A stretch of 63,481 bases of DNA, filler included, from an uncultured Synergistales bacterium (GCA_937897575.1; 7 parts of 7 records of this genome joined end to end with filler, not necessarily neighbours in it); one strand, 5' to 3'; positions 1-9,453 are shown, counted from the first letter of the whole stretch. The notes: generated by a model not told the origin, from the letters alone. A program made the numbers and translations.

Positions 1-1
1 C

Positions 2-241
2 ATCAGGGAGCGCGAGAACGGCGAGTGTCTCTTCTATTGCGGCTCTTCCAATCGCTGTGCCATTTACCCCGTCCGGCCGGAGCAGTGCCGGTCCTTTCCC
101 TTCTGGCCCTCCATCCTGGAGTCGAAGGCCTGCTGGGACGAGGCGGCCCGCTCTTGTCCGGGCATGAACCGGGGCGACCTCCATTCGCCGGAGGAGATCG
201 ACCGGATAGTGCGTTCATGCCCCTTTCCCGATCTCCTGTGA
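2..241 (+). CDS. YkgJ-like (CxxCxxCC) Fe-S/Zn cluster protein, 5'-truncated
   Basis: Frame 2 translated by hand (absent from the ORF track): IRERENGECLFYCGSSNRCAIYPVRPEQCRSFPFWP...SCPGMNRG...CPFPDLL*. C-x-F...C-x-IY-x-x-RP-x-x-CR-x-FPFW is the YkgJ signature. Confidence 0.8.
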   Translation: MRERENGECLFYCGSSNRCAIYPVRPEQCRSFPFWPSILESKACWDEAARSCPGMNRGDLHSPEEIDRIVRSCPFPDLL

Positions 242-336
242 TATCGTCCGTGACAAAGACACTCGCGCCATTTATAATCGGGGTGGAGCACAGGTCGTAG
301 GATCAACGGGAACATGCGCGATCACAAGGAGGGCCC

Positions 337-1500
337 ATGCATATCGAGATACTCACCGGTATGAACTGGAAGCTCATCTTGGCGCTGATCTTTTTCAGCG
401 GCGTTTTCGCATACCTTGGCGACGTTGTCGGCATGCGCATCGGCAAGAAGAGAGTATCCCTCTTCGGCCTCCGCCCCAGGACCACCAGCCGATTCATAAC
501 GGCCTTCACCGGGATGCTCATCTCGGTGGCCATGCTCGTCACCATGTCCATCATATCCGACGATGTCCGGACCGCCCTCTTCAGCATGAAGTTCATCCAA
601 TCCCAGCTTCAGACCCTGACGCGGGACCTCCAGAAGAGCAGGGACGACTCTCAGCTCATGGCCCTGAACCTGATCGACAGCGAAAAACGGCTCGATGAAC
701 AGCAAAAGAGCCTGCAGACCACCCGGCTCGAGCTGGAGAAGGTCCTCCCCGACCTGGAGAGCGCGCGGCGGGAGCTGAGCGCAATCCAGAAGGAACGAGA
801 TCTCCTCGAGACGGAGAAGGAGTCCCTGGTGGCGGCGGTGGCCGATCTGAAGACGGAGAGCGAAACCCTTCGGAAGGGGCTTATCGAAATGCGGAGCGGA
901 CGCTTCGCCGTCTTTGCGAACGAAGCCCTTGCCCAGGAAGCCGTGGAACCCATGAGCAACCGATCGGACGTGGAGCGCATCTTCCAGAACCTCCGGGACC
1001 GTATCGAGCGGGTCCTGGCCGCCAGGACGGGGAAGAATCTTTCGGAGATCGTCCTCAGCGTCGACCTCCAGCATGAGGAGCAGACCATCGCCCAGTGTAC
1101 GGACAATCCGGTGCGAAAGTTCATCCGCGCCGTGGCGGCCGGAAACACCCTGTACGGTGAGGACGTCCGGATCACCTACGAAGTCCAGGACAGCGTGCTG
1201 GTGTACCGCAAGGGCGACATGCTCTACGAAAGCGTCCTGAACACGACGGGGGCCGAGGCCGATGCCGAGGCGGAGATGCACCTGATCCTGCGCATGGTCA
1301 ACAGAAAGGCCACAAACGACTCGATCAAGCCCGATCCCACCTCAGGCAAGGTCGGTACCATGGACGCCACGGAGTTTTTCGACGCCGTCGACGCCATACG
1401 GACCGCCGCGTCCCCCGTGCGGATCGAGGTAACTGCCGCCGACAACATCTACACCGAGGGTCCCGTTCAGGTGACCATCTCGGTCAGGAAGATCCCATGA
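337..1500 (+). CDS. DUF3084-like membrane-anchored coiled-coil protein
   Basis: GGAGG RBS; N-terminal AYLGDVVGMRIGKKRVSLFGLRPRTT motif with two TM segments, then a coiled coil. Confidence 0.8.
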   Translation: MHIEILTGMNWKLILALIFFSGVFAYLGDVVGMRIGKKRVSLFGLRPRTTSRFITAFTGMLISVAMLVTMSIISDDVRTALFSMKFIQSQLQTLTRDLQKSRDDSQLMALNLIDSEKRLDEQQKSLQTTRLELEKVLPDLESARRELSAIQKERDLLETEKESLVAAVADLKTESETLRKGLIEMRSGRFAVFANEALAQEAVEPMSNRSDVERIFQNLRDRIERVLAARTGKNLSEIVLSVDLQHEEQTIAQCTDNPVRKFIRAVAAGNTLYGEDVRITYEVQDSVLVYRKGDMLYESVLNTTGAEADAEAEMHLILRMVNRKATNDSIKPDPTSGKVGTMDATEFFDAVDAIRTAASPVRIEVTAADNIYTEGPVQVTISVRKIP

Positions 1501-1540
1501 TGCGGAGCGATGCCCCCGTGTCGCTGCGGAGGGAAGAACA

Positions 1541-1759
1541 GTGCTCATAGTGGCGTGCCAGGTATGCGGCGAGGCCCGGGTCATCCCCGGGACACCCGAT
1601 GACGACGGAATAGCACGGGCAATGTGGATCTGTCCGGTCTGCGGAACGGGGCAGATACTTCAGTTGCCCGTCTCCGCCGATGTCCGAAAGGGCGACCTCA
1701 GACAGATCGTCTGCGGTATGGCGTTGCCCTCGACGCCCCAAGCGGAGGAGGAGTCATGA
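1541..1759 (+). CDS. small zinc-ribbon hypothetical protein
   Basis: GTG start after GGAGGG; CQVC...CPVC pair; stop overlaps the ATG of the next gene (ATGA). Confidence 0.65.
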   Translation: MLIVACQVCGEARVIPGTPDDDGIARAMWICPVCGTGQILQLPVSADVRKGDLRQIVCGMALPSTPQAEEES

Positions 1760-2175
1760 TCAACGGCTACTCCTTTTACGACAGCAAGCAGGCTGTCTCG
1801 CCGGAGGAGCTGGCAAACCTGTATCGATTTACCCGCTGGGCGCGGAGCCGATCCCTCGAGGACATAGGGAGGATGCTCGCCGGGACCTCCATGTGCTTCA
1901 GCGTCCGCCATCAGGATCAACTCGTCGCCTTCTGCAGGATCATCACCGACTTCGTCTACAGGGCGTCGCTCTGGGACATCATGGTCCACCCCGAGCATCA
2001 GGGAAAGAAGATCGGGTCGGCGCTGCTAGACTACGCCCTCTGCCACCCCGCAATCAAGGGGATTCCTCTCGTCATCACCTATACGAGCGAACTCGCACCC
2101 TTCCTCGTCCACAAGGGCTTCTCCACCCAAGACGGGGCCCTCATGCTCCTGCGAAGACCCATTGAATATTCCTGA
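1756..2175 (+). CDS. GNAT family N-acetyltransferase
   Basis: GGAGGAGG RBS, ATG 1756; acetyl-CoA motif VHPEHQGKKIGSALL. Confidence 0.85.
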   Translation: MINGYSFYDSKQAVSPEELANLYRFTRWARSRSLEDIGRMLAGTSMCFSVRHQDQLVAFCRIITDFVYRASLWDIMVHPEHQGKKIGSALLDYALCHPAIKGIPLVITYTSELAPFLVHKGFSTQDGALMLLRRPIEYS

Positions 2176-2797
2176 TACCCTGTTCCGCCTCCTTCCGCAC
2201 CTCCTCTGGCCGACCGCATGCCCCATCTGCGGGGCCATCGGTGTCCCAGCCTGTCTGACCTGCCTTCTGCCCCTTCTTCACCCGCCTCTTCCCATCCCTC
2301 TGCATGGTGCCTCGTTCCTCCTCTGGACAGGCGGCCCGTATGAGACGCACCTCCGGGACCTCGTCCTCGAGATGAAATACGGAAAGAATCGCGCTCTTGC
2401 CGTTGTCATGGGACAGGCTCTGGGACGAATCTTCCCCAAGCCCGATGCGGATGCACTCGTTCCCGTGCCGCTTCACATCGATAGTCCAAGAGGCTTCAAC
2501 CAGTCCGAAGCCCTCGCCCAGGGTTTGAAAAAGGAGTGGAGGATGCCGGTGGTGGACGCCCTTGCATGGAGAGAACGATGCACGGAACAGGCCACCCTCG
2601 AGGAAAAGGAGCGGCGAAACATGCCTTCGGACGCAATCACCATCGGCCGCAAAGGGCTCGCCGGGAAACAGATCGTCCTCGTGGACGACGTCAGCACGAC
2701 GGGGACGACGCTCTGCCGGGCCCAGGAGGCCGTCGTGCGGGGAGGGGGGCGATGTGCCCTCGCCGTCACGTGGACCTATACCCCGAAGAGAGTATAG
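2162..2797 (+). CDS. comF: ComF family phosphoribosyltransferase-like protein
   Basis: N-terminal CPIC..CLTC Zn ribbon, VPVPLH..RGFNQSE, PRPP loop LVDDVSTTGTT. Confidence 0.85.
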   Translation: MNIPDTLFRLLPHLLWPTACPICGAIGVPACLTCLLPLLHPPLPIPLHGASFLLWTGGPYETHLRDLVLEMKYGKNRALAVVMGQALGRIFPKPDADALVPVPLHIDSPRGFNQSEALAQGLKKEWRMPVVDALAWRERCTEQATLEEKERRNMPSDAITIGRKGLAGKQIVLVDDVSTTGTTLCRAQEAVVRGGGRCALAVTWTYTPKRV

Positions 2798-3071
2798 GAG
2801 CCACGAAGAAGACCTCCGGCTCAGCAACCTTCAACCTTTTTTGGTAAACTCGCCGAGTCACACCCGGTGGACGAGACGATTGCTTACCTGCCATGGAACA
2901 TATGTTTGACAAACCGACACTCCTTACGAATTGGGACGATGGACATGGAACATCAACCTCTTGTGGTTTACATTTCACGGAGGGCGATATTCACCATGGG
3001 CATTTGAGTGAATGAGAAAAATTGAGTCTTTCATGCTTCGGCTTGAAGCCGTTTCGTTTTCGCAGATGGCG

Positions 3072-3099
3072 TTGACAACTAAATTTGAGCTTGTATAAT
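3072..3099 (+). promoter_or_regulatory. sigma70-type promoter of tRNA-Ser(CGA)
   Basis: TTGACA-16nt-TATAAT, ending 12 nt upstream of the tRNA. Confidence 0.85.
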
Positions 3100-3111
3100 G
3101 TTTTGCTGTGC

Positions 3112-3201
3112 GGAGAGGTGGCCGAGTGGTCGAAGGCGATTGACTCGAAATCAATTGGGCGGCTTGCCGTCCCGTGGGTTCAAATCCCACCCTCTCCGCC
3201 A
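3112..3201 (+). tRNA. tRNA-Ser (anticodon CGA)
   Basis: GGAGAGG/CCTCTCC acceptor stem, ATTGA-CTCGAAA-TCAAT anticodon arm, long variable arm, GGTTCAAATCC T-arm, encoded CCA. Confidence 0.97.
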
Positions 3202-3211
3202 GGAAAATCCG

Positions 3212-3240
3212 CCTGCAGTCAATGACTGCAGGTTTTTTCT
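3212..3240 (+). terminator. intrinsic terminator after tRNA-Ser
   Basis: CCTGCAGTC-AAT-GACTGCAGG followed by a T-run. Confidence 0.8.
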
Positions 3241-3645
3241 TTTCCATTTTCGCGGTGTCCGCGACATCCCGACGAGTCTCCGCTCTTTCCGCTTTTTTCT
3301 ACGTCCTGATACATACTCAATAGAGAATCTTTTTATGATCACGCCCATCCCCTCGATTTCAGGCCGCACCAGAGCAGTCACAACATGGAGAGGCATTCCA
3401 GTCCATGACTCTTTCACCGATACCTGAAGAAAACGGACGCATCGGACAGGCCAGCGGAGCTATCGGTGCAACCATCGAAGCCGTCAGCAGCTGGATATTG
3501 CTCCGCTCCATCCTGATCGAGGACTCTCTGTCTTTGACGGTTTGAGCCCCGCATCGTCGCGCAATGAGCTCGGGGAGCAGGGTGTTATAGGGCAACCCAT
3601 GGTATAGTGTATCTACAGCATGAAAATCAGCATACGAGGTGAGCC

Positions 3646-4836
3646 ATGAGATATAAACCATTGGTCTTGGGAGTACTATCGGCGGCGTTGCTCATGACAG
3701 CTTTCGGACACAGCGCGCAGGGCAGTGATTCCGCCAGCGCCAATCCGACGGTTCACGGAGAAACCACGGCAGCAGTTCCGAAGACCGCTCCGAAAGAAGC
3801 CGCTGAAACAGAATCGGCGGCCGATTACAGGGAAGTCTACGGTGAAGTGCTGGACGGCTATTACGATCTCATTGCAAATTCCCCCGAGGATTATGACCCT
3901 CGTGAGGGCGAAACAGGGGTACTTGAGGCCATCATGGGCAAGGAGGGCGGCGAAGCCCTTGACAGCGTGGGATACTCTATACAGGACATCAGCGGAGACG
4001 GAATCCCGGAGCTGTTGATAGGCGCGGTTACAGAAAAAGAAAATTCCGTTTCCTACGGAAACGAAATTCTTGCGGTGTACGCCTGTGTGGACGGCATACC
4101 ACGTTTCTCCTTCGAAGGCATTGCCAGAAGCAGTTACCGTTATACCGGGGAGGGGAGTTTTCTCTATCAGGGCTCTAACGGTGCGATGTACAGCATCTTT
4201 GGAACCTATACCATCTCTCCGGACGGAGTGTCTCTGTCCTGCAACGACTACTACTTTACATTTGAGAAAGACAAGAATTTCCAAGAGATCGGGGTGTATC
4301 ACAACACCTCGGGCAAGTGGGACAAGTCGGTTTCAGAGGAGTTATCCATCACCGACGAGCAATTCTGGCAGATGGAATCGGATCGGGAGAAACGGATCCA
4401 GAACATCGAGCTCATTCCATTTTCACAGCATGTGCTTTCAGGTGCAGATACAGGCGCCGTTGGTTCGCAGGTGCGCGCCCGCTGGGCGAAGGATGAGCTG
4501 CATCGTTTTTCCGCTTATGACGAATTTATCGCCGACACGACCGAGTCGCAGGTCGGAGTCCTGTTCATAACCGACAGCAGCGTTACAGACTTCAAGGTGC
4601 TGGGGCTCACGCTTGACAGTGTTGACCACAACGGAAAAGTGGCGTTCTCGACGAAAGAGCTGTACGCCCTTGATGTTTTGGCGCCTGAACGTCCTCTGAT
4701 GGTGCGCCTAACATTGTTCGGAACCATTCCGCATTACGGTATCTCGTATGTTGACGGGAGCGGCGCAACAAGGAACTTCGCCGTGGAGGTCAGCGGAATG
4801 GACGGTTCGCTTTTGTTGACCGAATTCGACCACTGA
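3646..4836 (+). CDS. secreted acidic hypothetical protein
   Basis: GAGGTG RBS, Sec signal peptide (MRYKPLVLGVLSAALLMTAFGHSAQG), DISGDGIPEL Ca-binding-like motif; visibly more AT-rich than core genes. Confidence 0.8.
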   Translation: MRYKPLVLGVLSAALLMTAFGHSAQGSDSASANPTVHGETTAAVPKTAPKEAAETESAADYREVYGEVLDGYYDLIANSPEDYDPREGETGVLEAIMGKEGGEALDSVGYSIQDISGDGIPELLIGAVTEKENSVSYGNEILAVYACVDGIPRFSFEGIARSSYRYTGEGSFLYQGSNGAMYSIFGTYTISPDGVSLSCNDYYFTFEKDKNFQEIGVYHNTSGKWDKSVSEELSITDEQFWQMESDREKRIQNIELIPFSQHVLSGADTGAVGSQVRARWAKDELHRFSAYDEFIADTTESQVGVLFITDSSVTDFKVLGLTLDSVDHNGKVAFSTKELYALDVLAPERPLMVRLTLFGTIPHYGISYVDGSGATRNFAVEVSGMDGSLLLTEFDH

Positions 4837-4894
4837 CCAGGCGTATAGAGAATCGCCACCTCTTGAGATCGATCAGGAGGCCTTTTGTGGCATA

Positions 4895-4920
4895 GGTTTC
4901 AAATCCACCCTCTCCCGTCA
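4895..4920 (+). repeat. degenerate direct repeat of the tRNA-Ser(CGA) 3' end (att-like)
   Basis: GGTTTCAAATCCACCCTCTCCCGTCA versus tRNA 3177-3201 GGTTCAAATCCCACCCTCTCCGCCA. Confidence 0.65.
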
Positions 4921-5141
4921 GAGCAGGGGACGGAACTGACAAACATGGCCTTATTGCGACAGCGCTCTCCGTGAGACTCGATACGTATCCTCATTGGACA
5001 TATAAGGCGGCACGCAATGCGTTTTTCTTTCTCCGTCGCATCATCGCTTCAGGGGGCCAAATCACGACCGGTCCATCCTGCAAACGCGCAGGGCATGTCA
5101 TGCAAGTGGGGACGCCCTTCGTTATAAAATCCGCCGGGCTG

Positions 5142-5150
5142 TGGTATAAT
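5142..5150 (+). promoter_or_regulatory. extended -10 promoter of tRNA-Ser(GGA)
   Basis: TGGTATAAT 15 nt upstream of the tRNA. Confidence 0.65.
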
Positions 5151-5165
5151 ATTCGCCGTTGTTGC

Positions 5166-5253
5166 GGAGAAGTGGCCGAGTGGTCGAAGGCGGGCGCTTG
5201 GAGAGCGTCTAAACCGCGAGGTTTCGTGGGTTCAAATCCCACCTTCTCCGCCA
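5166..5253 (+). tRNA. tRNA-Ser (anticodon GGA)
   Basis: GGAGAAG/CTTCTCC acceptor stem, GGCGC-TTGGAGA-GCGTC anticodon arm, long variable arm, T-arm, encoded CCA. Confidence 0.97.
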
Positions 5254-5606
5254 TTGCTTTTCTCAAGGCCGGGGCCTTTTTTCCGGTCGGTTCCCTCAGT
5301 TACTCGCCTTTTCCCGTATGCACCACAAAACAACATGCAAAGCCTGCAAAATGGCACATACTTCATGCGTCATCTTGTAAGGCATGGCAAGGCGTTGCAG
5401 ATCAGGCTGGCTCATCCCCAAAGGAATTCCGGACATGTCATAGGGAGAGCGCTCCGCACGTGTCGGCCGTTTTTGTTTCCGTGCCGGGAGGCGTGTGCAC
5501 TGGACAGACCTTGGACAACAAGCTGAAGAGGGGAGTCGTCGTGCCCTCCCGGATTTTTCTGCCCAACGCATGGCATACCGGTCAGTCCACGGGGTGGTAC
5601 GATGAC

Positions 5607-5654
5607 AAAGAAAAGAGCGCTCCGGCCTATCTTTTGCCGGAGCGCTCTTCTTTT
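5607..5654. terminator. bidirectional terminator downstream of rocD
   Basis: AAGAGCGCTCCGGC...GCCGGAGCGCTCTT stem flanked by A- and T-runs. Confidence 0.75.
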
Positions 5655-5660
5655 GATCTC

Positions 5661-6866
5661 TTACGCAAGGACCTCGCGAATCTTCGAAAGGGCCTCGTCG
5701 ATCTCTTCCTTCTTGATTACAAGCGGGGGAGCAAACCGGATGATCCAGTCGTGGGTCTCCTTGCAGAGGAGCCCCTTCTGTTTGAGCGCCGTGGTGTAGA
5801 GCCGTGCCTTTCCCGCGGACTGATTGAGAACGAGCCCGATGAGCAACCCCTTGCCCCGGACGAGTTTGATCTTCGGCGATTTGATCGCCTTGAGGCCGTC
5901 CATGAAGTACTTGCCCAGCTCCTCGGACCGCTCGGCAAGGTGTTCCTCCTTCAGGACGTCGATGGCCGCCGAGGCGATGGCGCAGGCCAACGGGTTTCCG
6001 CCGAAGGTCGAGCCGTGAGTCCCCGGCTTGAAGACGCCGAGGATATCCTTGTTCGCCGCGATGGCCGACACGGGCATGATACCGCCGCCCAGCGCCTTGC
6101 CCATGATGATGATGTCCGGGGTGATCCCTTCGTGCTGGAACGCGAAGTCCTTCCCCGTCCGGCAGAACCCCGTCTGAATCTCGTCCAGTGCAAGCAGGAC
6201 GTTGTTCTCCCTGGCGATCTTCTCAAGCCCTTTCAGGAAGCCGTCGCTGGGCACGACGACGCCCGCCTCGCCCTGGATCGGCTCGACGAGTATGCCGACG
6301 GTGTTCTTGTTCACCGCTTTCTTGACCGCCTCGAGGTCGTCGTAGGGGACGAGGACAAAGCCCGGCGTATAGGGGCCGTAGTTGTCCTTCGCGTCCGGAT
6401 CGACGGAGAAGGAGATGATCGTCACCGTGCGCCCGTGGAAGTTGTCCTGGAAGACGATGATTTCGGCCTTGTCCTTCTCGACGCCCTTGACCATGTACCC
6501 CCACTTCCGCATGGTCTTGATGGCCGTCTCCACGGCCTCGGCGCCCGTGTTCATGGGAAGTATCATGTCCTTGCCCGTGAAGTCGGCGAGCTTCTTCGCG
6601 AAGAGGGGCCACTGGTCGTTGTAGAAGGCCCGGGACGTCAGGGTGACCTTGTCCGCCTGATCCTTCATGGCCTTGATGATCTTGGGGTGCCGATGGCCCT
6701 GGTTCACCGCGGAGTAGGACGAAAGCATGTCCATGTACCGCCGTCCCTCGGGGTCCTCGACCCAGATCCCCTCCGCCTTGCAGATGACCACCTCGAGAGG
6801 GTGGTAGTTATGCGCGCCGTATTCGTGCTCCACTGCCATAAGTTCTTCCGACGTGTGCCGAGCCAT
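5661..6866 (-). CDS. rocD: ornithine--oxo-acid aminotransferase
   Basis: AHNYHPL, YSAVNQGHRHP, MNTGAEAVE, DEIQTG and GKALGGG (PLP Lys) motifs; AAGGAG RBS before ATG 6866. Confidence 0.93.
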   Translation of the reverse strand: MARHTSEELMAVEHEYGAHNYHPLEVVICKAEGIWVEDPEGRRYMDMLSSYSAVNQGHRHPKIIKAMKDQADKVTLTSRAFYNDQWPLFAKKLADFTGKDMILPMNTGAEAVETAIKTMRKWGYMVKGVEKDKAEIIVFQDNFHGRTVTIISFSVDPDAKDNYGPYTPGFVLVPYDDLEAVKKAVNKNTVGILVEPIQGEAGVVVPSDGFLKGLEKIARENNVLLALDEIQTGFCRTGKDFAFQHEGITPDIIIMGKALGGGIMPVSAIAANKDILGVFKPGTHGSTFGGNPLACAIASAAIDVLKEEHLAERSEELGKYFMDGLKAIKSPKIKLVRGKGLLIGLVLNQSAGKARLYTTALKQKGLLCKETHDWIIRFAPPLVIKKEEIDEALSKIREVLA

Positions 6867-7294
6867 GGGAACATCTCCTTTTTCGTCCATATATATCCGG
6901 CAGGCCTTTGGGCCCGAACAGCCAGTCTTTATATTCTCTCCGAGTCCGGACTTTTTTTCAACCCCCGCCGGCACCAGCGGCGGAGGTACCGTCGTCCCGT
7001 CGTCCTGTTATTGTATCGCCCCTCGTCCCGTCGCCCTCGGAGGCTGTATCGGACACGAACCACATCCGCCTCACGGCGGGATACGTATGGTTCCCCTGGG
7101 CCGTCTCGAGAGGAATTTTCTCAGGACGGGCCTCTTTCAGGAGATGACGCCCTCGACTGCGACCGTTCCTTACGAACAGCGCACGGCCCTTGCAGAGGTC
7201 GAAAGTCTGCCCATCGACGCTCGGCCGGGCTCAGGCGGTACAAAGGAGAAAGCTGGCGGTGGCAAGCGGCGGAGCTCCATGATATAATCCCCCC

Positions 7295-7445
7295 GTCGAA
7301 CGAAGGTTCGGCGCGCAGCCACCGGCGGGGAATCCAGTCCCGTGCGGCGGAGACCTCCGAATCCTGTCAGGCCCGGAAGGGAGCAGCAGTAAGGAGACCG
7401 CTCCGGGTGCCACGGGGAAACTGGATTTCCCGCCGGTGGCTGCGA
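7295..7445 (+). ncRNA. ffs: signal recognition particle RNA
   Basis: Conserved helix-8 motif TCAGGCCCGGAAGGGAGCAGC inside a long stem (7314-7338 pairs with 7420-7444); extended -10 TGATATAAT at 7280-7288. The 5' end is estimated. Confidence 0.9.
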
Positions 7446-7447
7446 CT

Positions 7448-7792
7448 TTATCCCTCGGGGTTCTCGGAACAGGAGCAGGAAGGGCACACCTCGTCCCCGA
7501 CGGGGGCTATGTCGATCAGCGCCTCGATGAGCTGCTCCATGGTGACGAGGTCCGGATTTCTCGTCTCGTGAACGCACTGCTGGAGGTAGTTCTTCAGGAT
7601 CTCGATGCAGGCCTTCTGCATGGCCTTCCGGGCAGCCGAGAGTTGCAGAAGGACATCGTAGCACGGCGCGTTTTCCACGATCATCCGCTGAATGCCCCTC
7701 AACTGACCTTCGACCCTCCTCAGGCGGTTCAGCATCGCCTTTCTATGCGGAGGAAGGGCATCGAGCTTCTCGATAAGGGAATTTTTCTCCAT
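7448..7792 (-). CDS. CsoR/RcnR family transcriptional repressor
   Basis: LNRLRRVEGQLRGIQRM...CYDVLLQLSAAR signature; GGAGG RBS. Confidence 0.88.
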   Translation of the reverse strand: MEKNSLIEKLDALPPHRKAMLNRLRRVEGQLRGIQRMIVENAPCYDVLLQLSAARKAMQKACIEILKNYLQQCVHETRNPDLVTMEQLIEALIDIAPVGDEVCPSCSCSENPEG

Positions 7793-7824
7793 CGCGGAAA
7801 CCTCCAGATCATCATTTTGATGGA

Positions 7825-7844
7825 CATACAATACGGGGTATATG
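7825..7844. promoter_or_regulatory. candidate CsoR-family operator
   Basis: CATACAATACGGGGTATATG: G-tract flanked by an ATAC/GTAT pseudo-palindrome, directly upstream of the CsoR-family gene. Confidence 0.45.
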
Positions 7845-7859
7845 CTATCTTCTGAGCGG

Positions 7860-7889
7860 TTGCCCGTCAACTTCACCCTATGGTATACT
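7860..7889 (+). promoter_or_regulatory. rpsB-tsf promoter
   Basis: TTGCCC-18nt-TATACT with extended TG. Confidence 0.6.
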
Positions 7890-7899
7890 TTCAATGACC

Positions 7900-7985
7900 T
7901 CATCACACACGTGCGCGGACAAAACCGGAGGTGCCGCCCGAAGGACGGTTCCGGTTTTGGCTGATGCGTGCGGAGGGACAACCAA
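7900..7985 (+). promoter_or_regulatory. rpsB leader RNA (S2 autoregulatory, t44-like)
   Basis: CACACACG...AAAACCGGAGGTGCC...TCCGGTTTT...CGTGCGGAGG structured leader directly upstream of rpsB. Confidence 0.7.
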
Positions 7986-8006
7986 AATTCAGGGAGGGGT
8001 ACAATC

Positions 8007-8825
8007 GTGGCAGTAGTGAGCATGAAGCAGCTTCTGGAGTGCGGCGTCCATTTCGGACATCAGACCCGCCGGTGGAACCCGAAGATGAAACCCTTTATCT
8101 TCACGGAACGGAACGGCGTCTACATCATCGACCTCCAGAAGACCGTACGTGGGCTCGAGAAGGCCTACGACTACGTTCGGACCGTGGCGAAGGAGAACGG
8201 CAGCATCCTCTTCGTCGGGACGAAGAGACAGGCCCAGGAGACCATCAGGGAAGAGGCGGAGCGCTGCGGGCAGTTTTACATCAACCAGCGGTGGCTCGGC
8301 GGACTTCTCACGAACTTCCCCACCATTCGGAAGCGCGTCACGCGCATGCTGGAACTCCGCGCCATGGAGGACAACGACAACTGGTCGAACCTCCCCAAGA
8401 AAGAGATCGTCCTTCTCCGGAAAGAGCTGGCGAAGCTCGAGAAGTACCTGAAGGGCATCACCAACATGAAGGGCATCCCCGACGCCGTCTTCGTCATCGA
8501 CCCCCGGCGCGAGGAGAATGCCGTCCTTGAGGCGAGAAAGCTGGGCGTTCCAGTTATTGCCATCGTCGACACGAACTGTGACCCGGAGGTCATCGATTTC
8601 CCCATCCCCGGCAACGACGACGCCATCCGCGCCATCAAACTCATCGCGGGCCTTATGGCGAACGCCTTCATAGAGGGCCGCCAGGGCGAGGACGCCGAAG
8701 AGGTTGCTCCCGCCGAGACCGCGACGGTGCAGGAGGCCGACGAGAGCGCCGAGCCCACCGAGGACATCATCGAGGTCAAGGAACGGCTGCACGAAGCCTA
8801 CGACGACACGGAAGAGCAAGAATAG
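8007..8825 (+). CDS. rpsB: 30S ribosomal protein S2
   Basis: [25 protein letters not shown] start. Confidence 0.98.
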   Translation: MAVVSMKQLLECGVHFGHQTRRWNPKMKPFIFTERNGVYIIDLQKTVRGLEKAYDYVRTVAKENGSILFVGTKRQAQETIREEAERCGQFYINQRWLGGLLTNFPTIRKRVTRMLELRAMEDNDNWSNLPKKEIVLLRKELAKLEKYLKGITNMKGIPDAVFVIDPRREENAVLEARKLGVPVIAIVDTNCDPEVIDFPIPGNDDAIRAIKLIAGLMANAFIEGRQGEDAEEVAPAETATVQEADESAEPTEDIIEVKERLHEAYDDTEEQE

Positions 8826-8847
8826 CCTGAAGGAGGAAGAAAAGGGA

Positions 8848-9441
8848 ATGGAGATCACAGCGGGAGCCGTCAAGGAGCTTCGGGACAGGACGGGCGCCGG
8901 CATGATGGACTGCAAGCATGCCCTCGTCGAAAATAAAGGAGATATGGAGAAGGCCATCGATTACCTCAGGGAGAAAGGGCTCGCCAAGGCGGCGAAGAAG
9001 TCCGCCCGGACGGCGGCCGATGGCCGGGTTTTCTCCTACATTCATACGAACTCGAAGATCGGGACCCTTCTCGAGCTGAACTGCGAGACGGACTTCGTGG
9101 CCAAGACGGACGAATTCCAGACGCTGGGCCGGGAGCTCTGCATGCAGATCGCTGCCGCCGCACCCCAGTTCCTCGTCCCCGAGGACGTCACGGCCGATGT
9201 GCTCGACAGGGAGCGGGAGATATACAGGCAGCAGGCCCTCGAAGAGGGGAAGCCGGCGAACATCGTGGACAAGATCGCCGACGGGAAGATCCACAAGTTC
9301 TACGAGACCTACTGCCTCATGGAGCAGCCGTGGATCCGGGACGGCGACAAGCGTGTGAAGGACCTCGTCGTCGAAACCATCGCGAAACTCGGCGAGAACA
9401 TCGTCGTGCGCCGCTTCGCCCGTTTCTCCATCGGCGAATAA
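8848..9441 (+). CDS. tsf: elongation factor Ts (short form)
   Basis: VKELRDRTGAGMMDCK, ELNCETDFVA. Confidence 0.97.
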   Translation: MEITAGAVKELRDRTGAGMMDCKHALVENKGDMEKAIDYLREKGLAKAAKKSARTAADGRVFSYIHTNSKIGTLLELNCETDFVAKTDEFQTLGRELCMQIAAAAPQFLVPEDVTADVLDREREIYRQQALEEGKPANIVDKIADGKIHKFYETYCLMEQPWIRDGDKRVKDLVVETIAKLGENIVVRRFARFSIGE

Positions 9442-9453
9442 CCCCCGTACGAC

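Noticed and set aside
3396..3546. Short frame MTLSPIPEENGRIGQA resembling the Fic motif HPFxDGNGRxxR inside the tRNA islet
   Set aside because: The catalytic His and most of the motif are missing. Too weak to call a pseudogene without a profile search.
4971..7571. 866-aa plus-strand ORF
   Set aside because: Runs through a tRNA, antisense to rocD and across the SRP RNA; no protein motifs.
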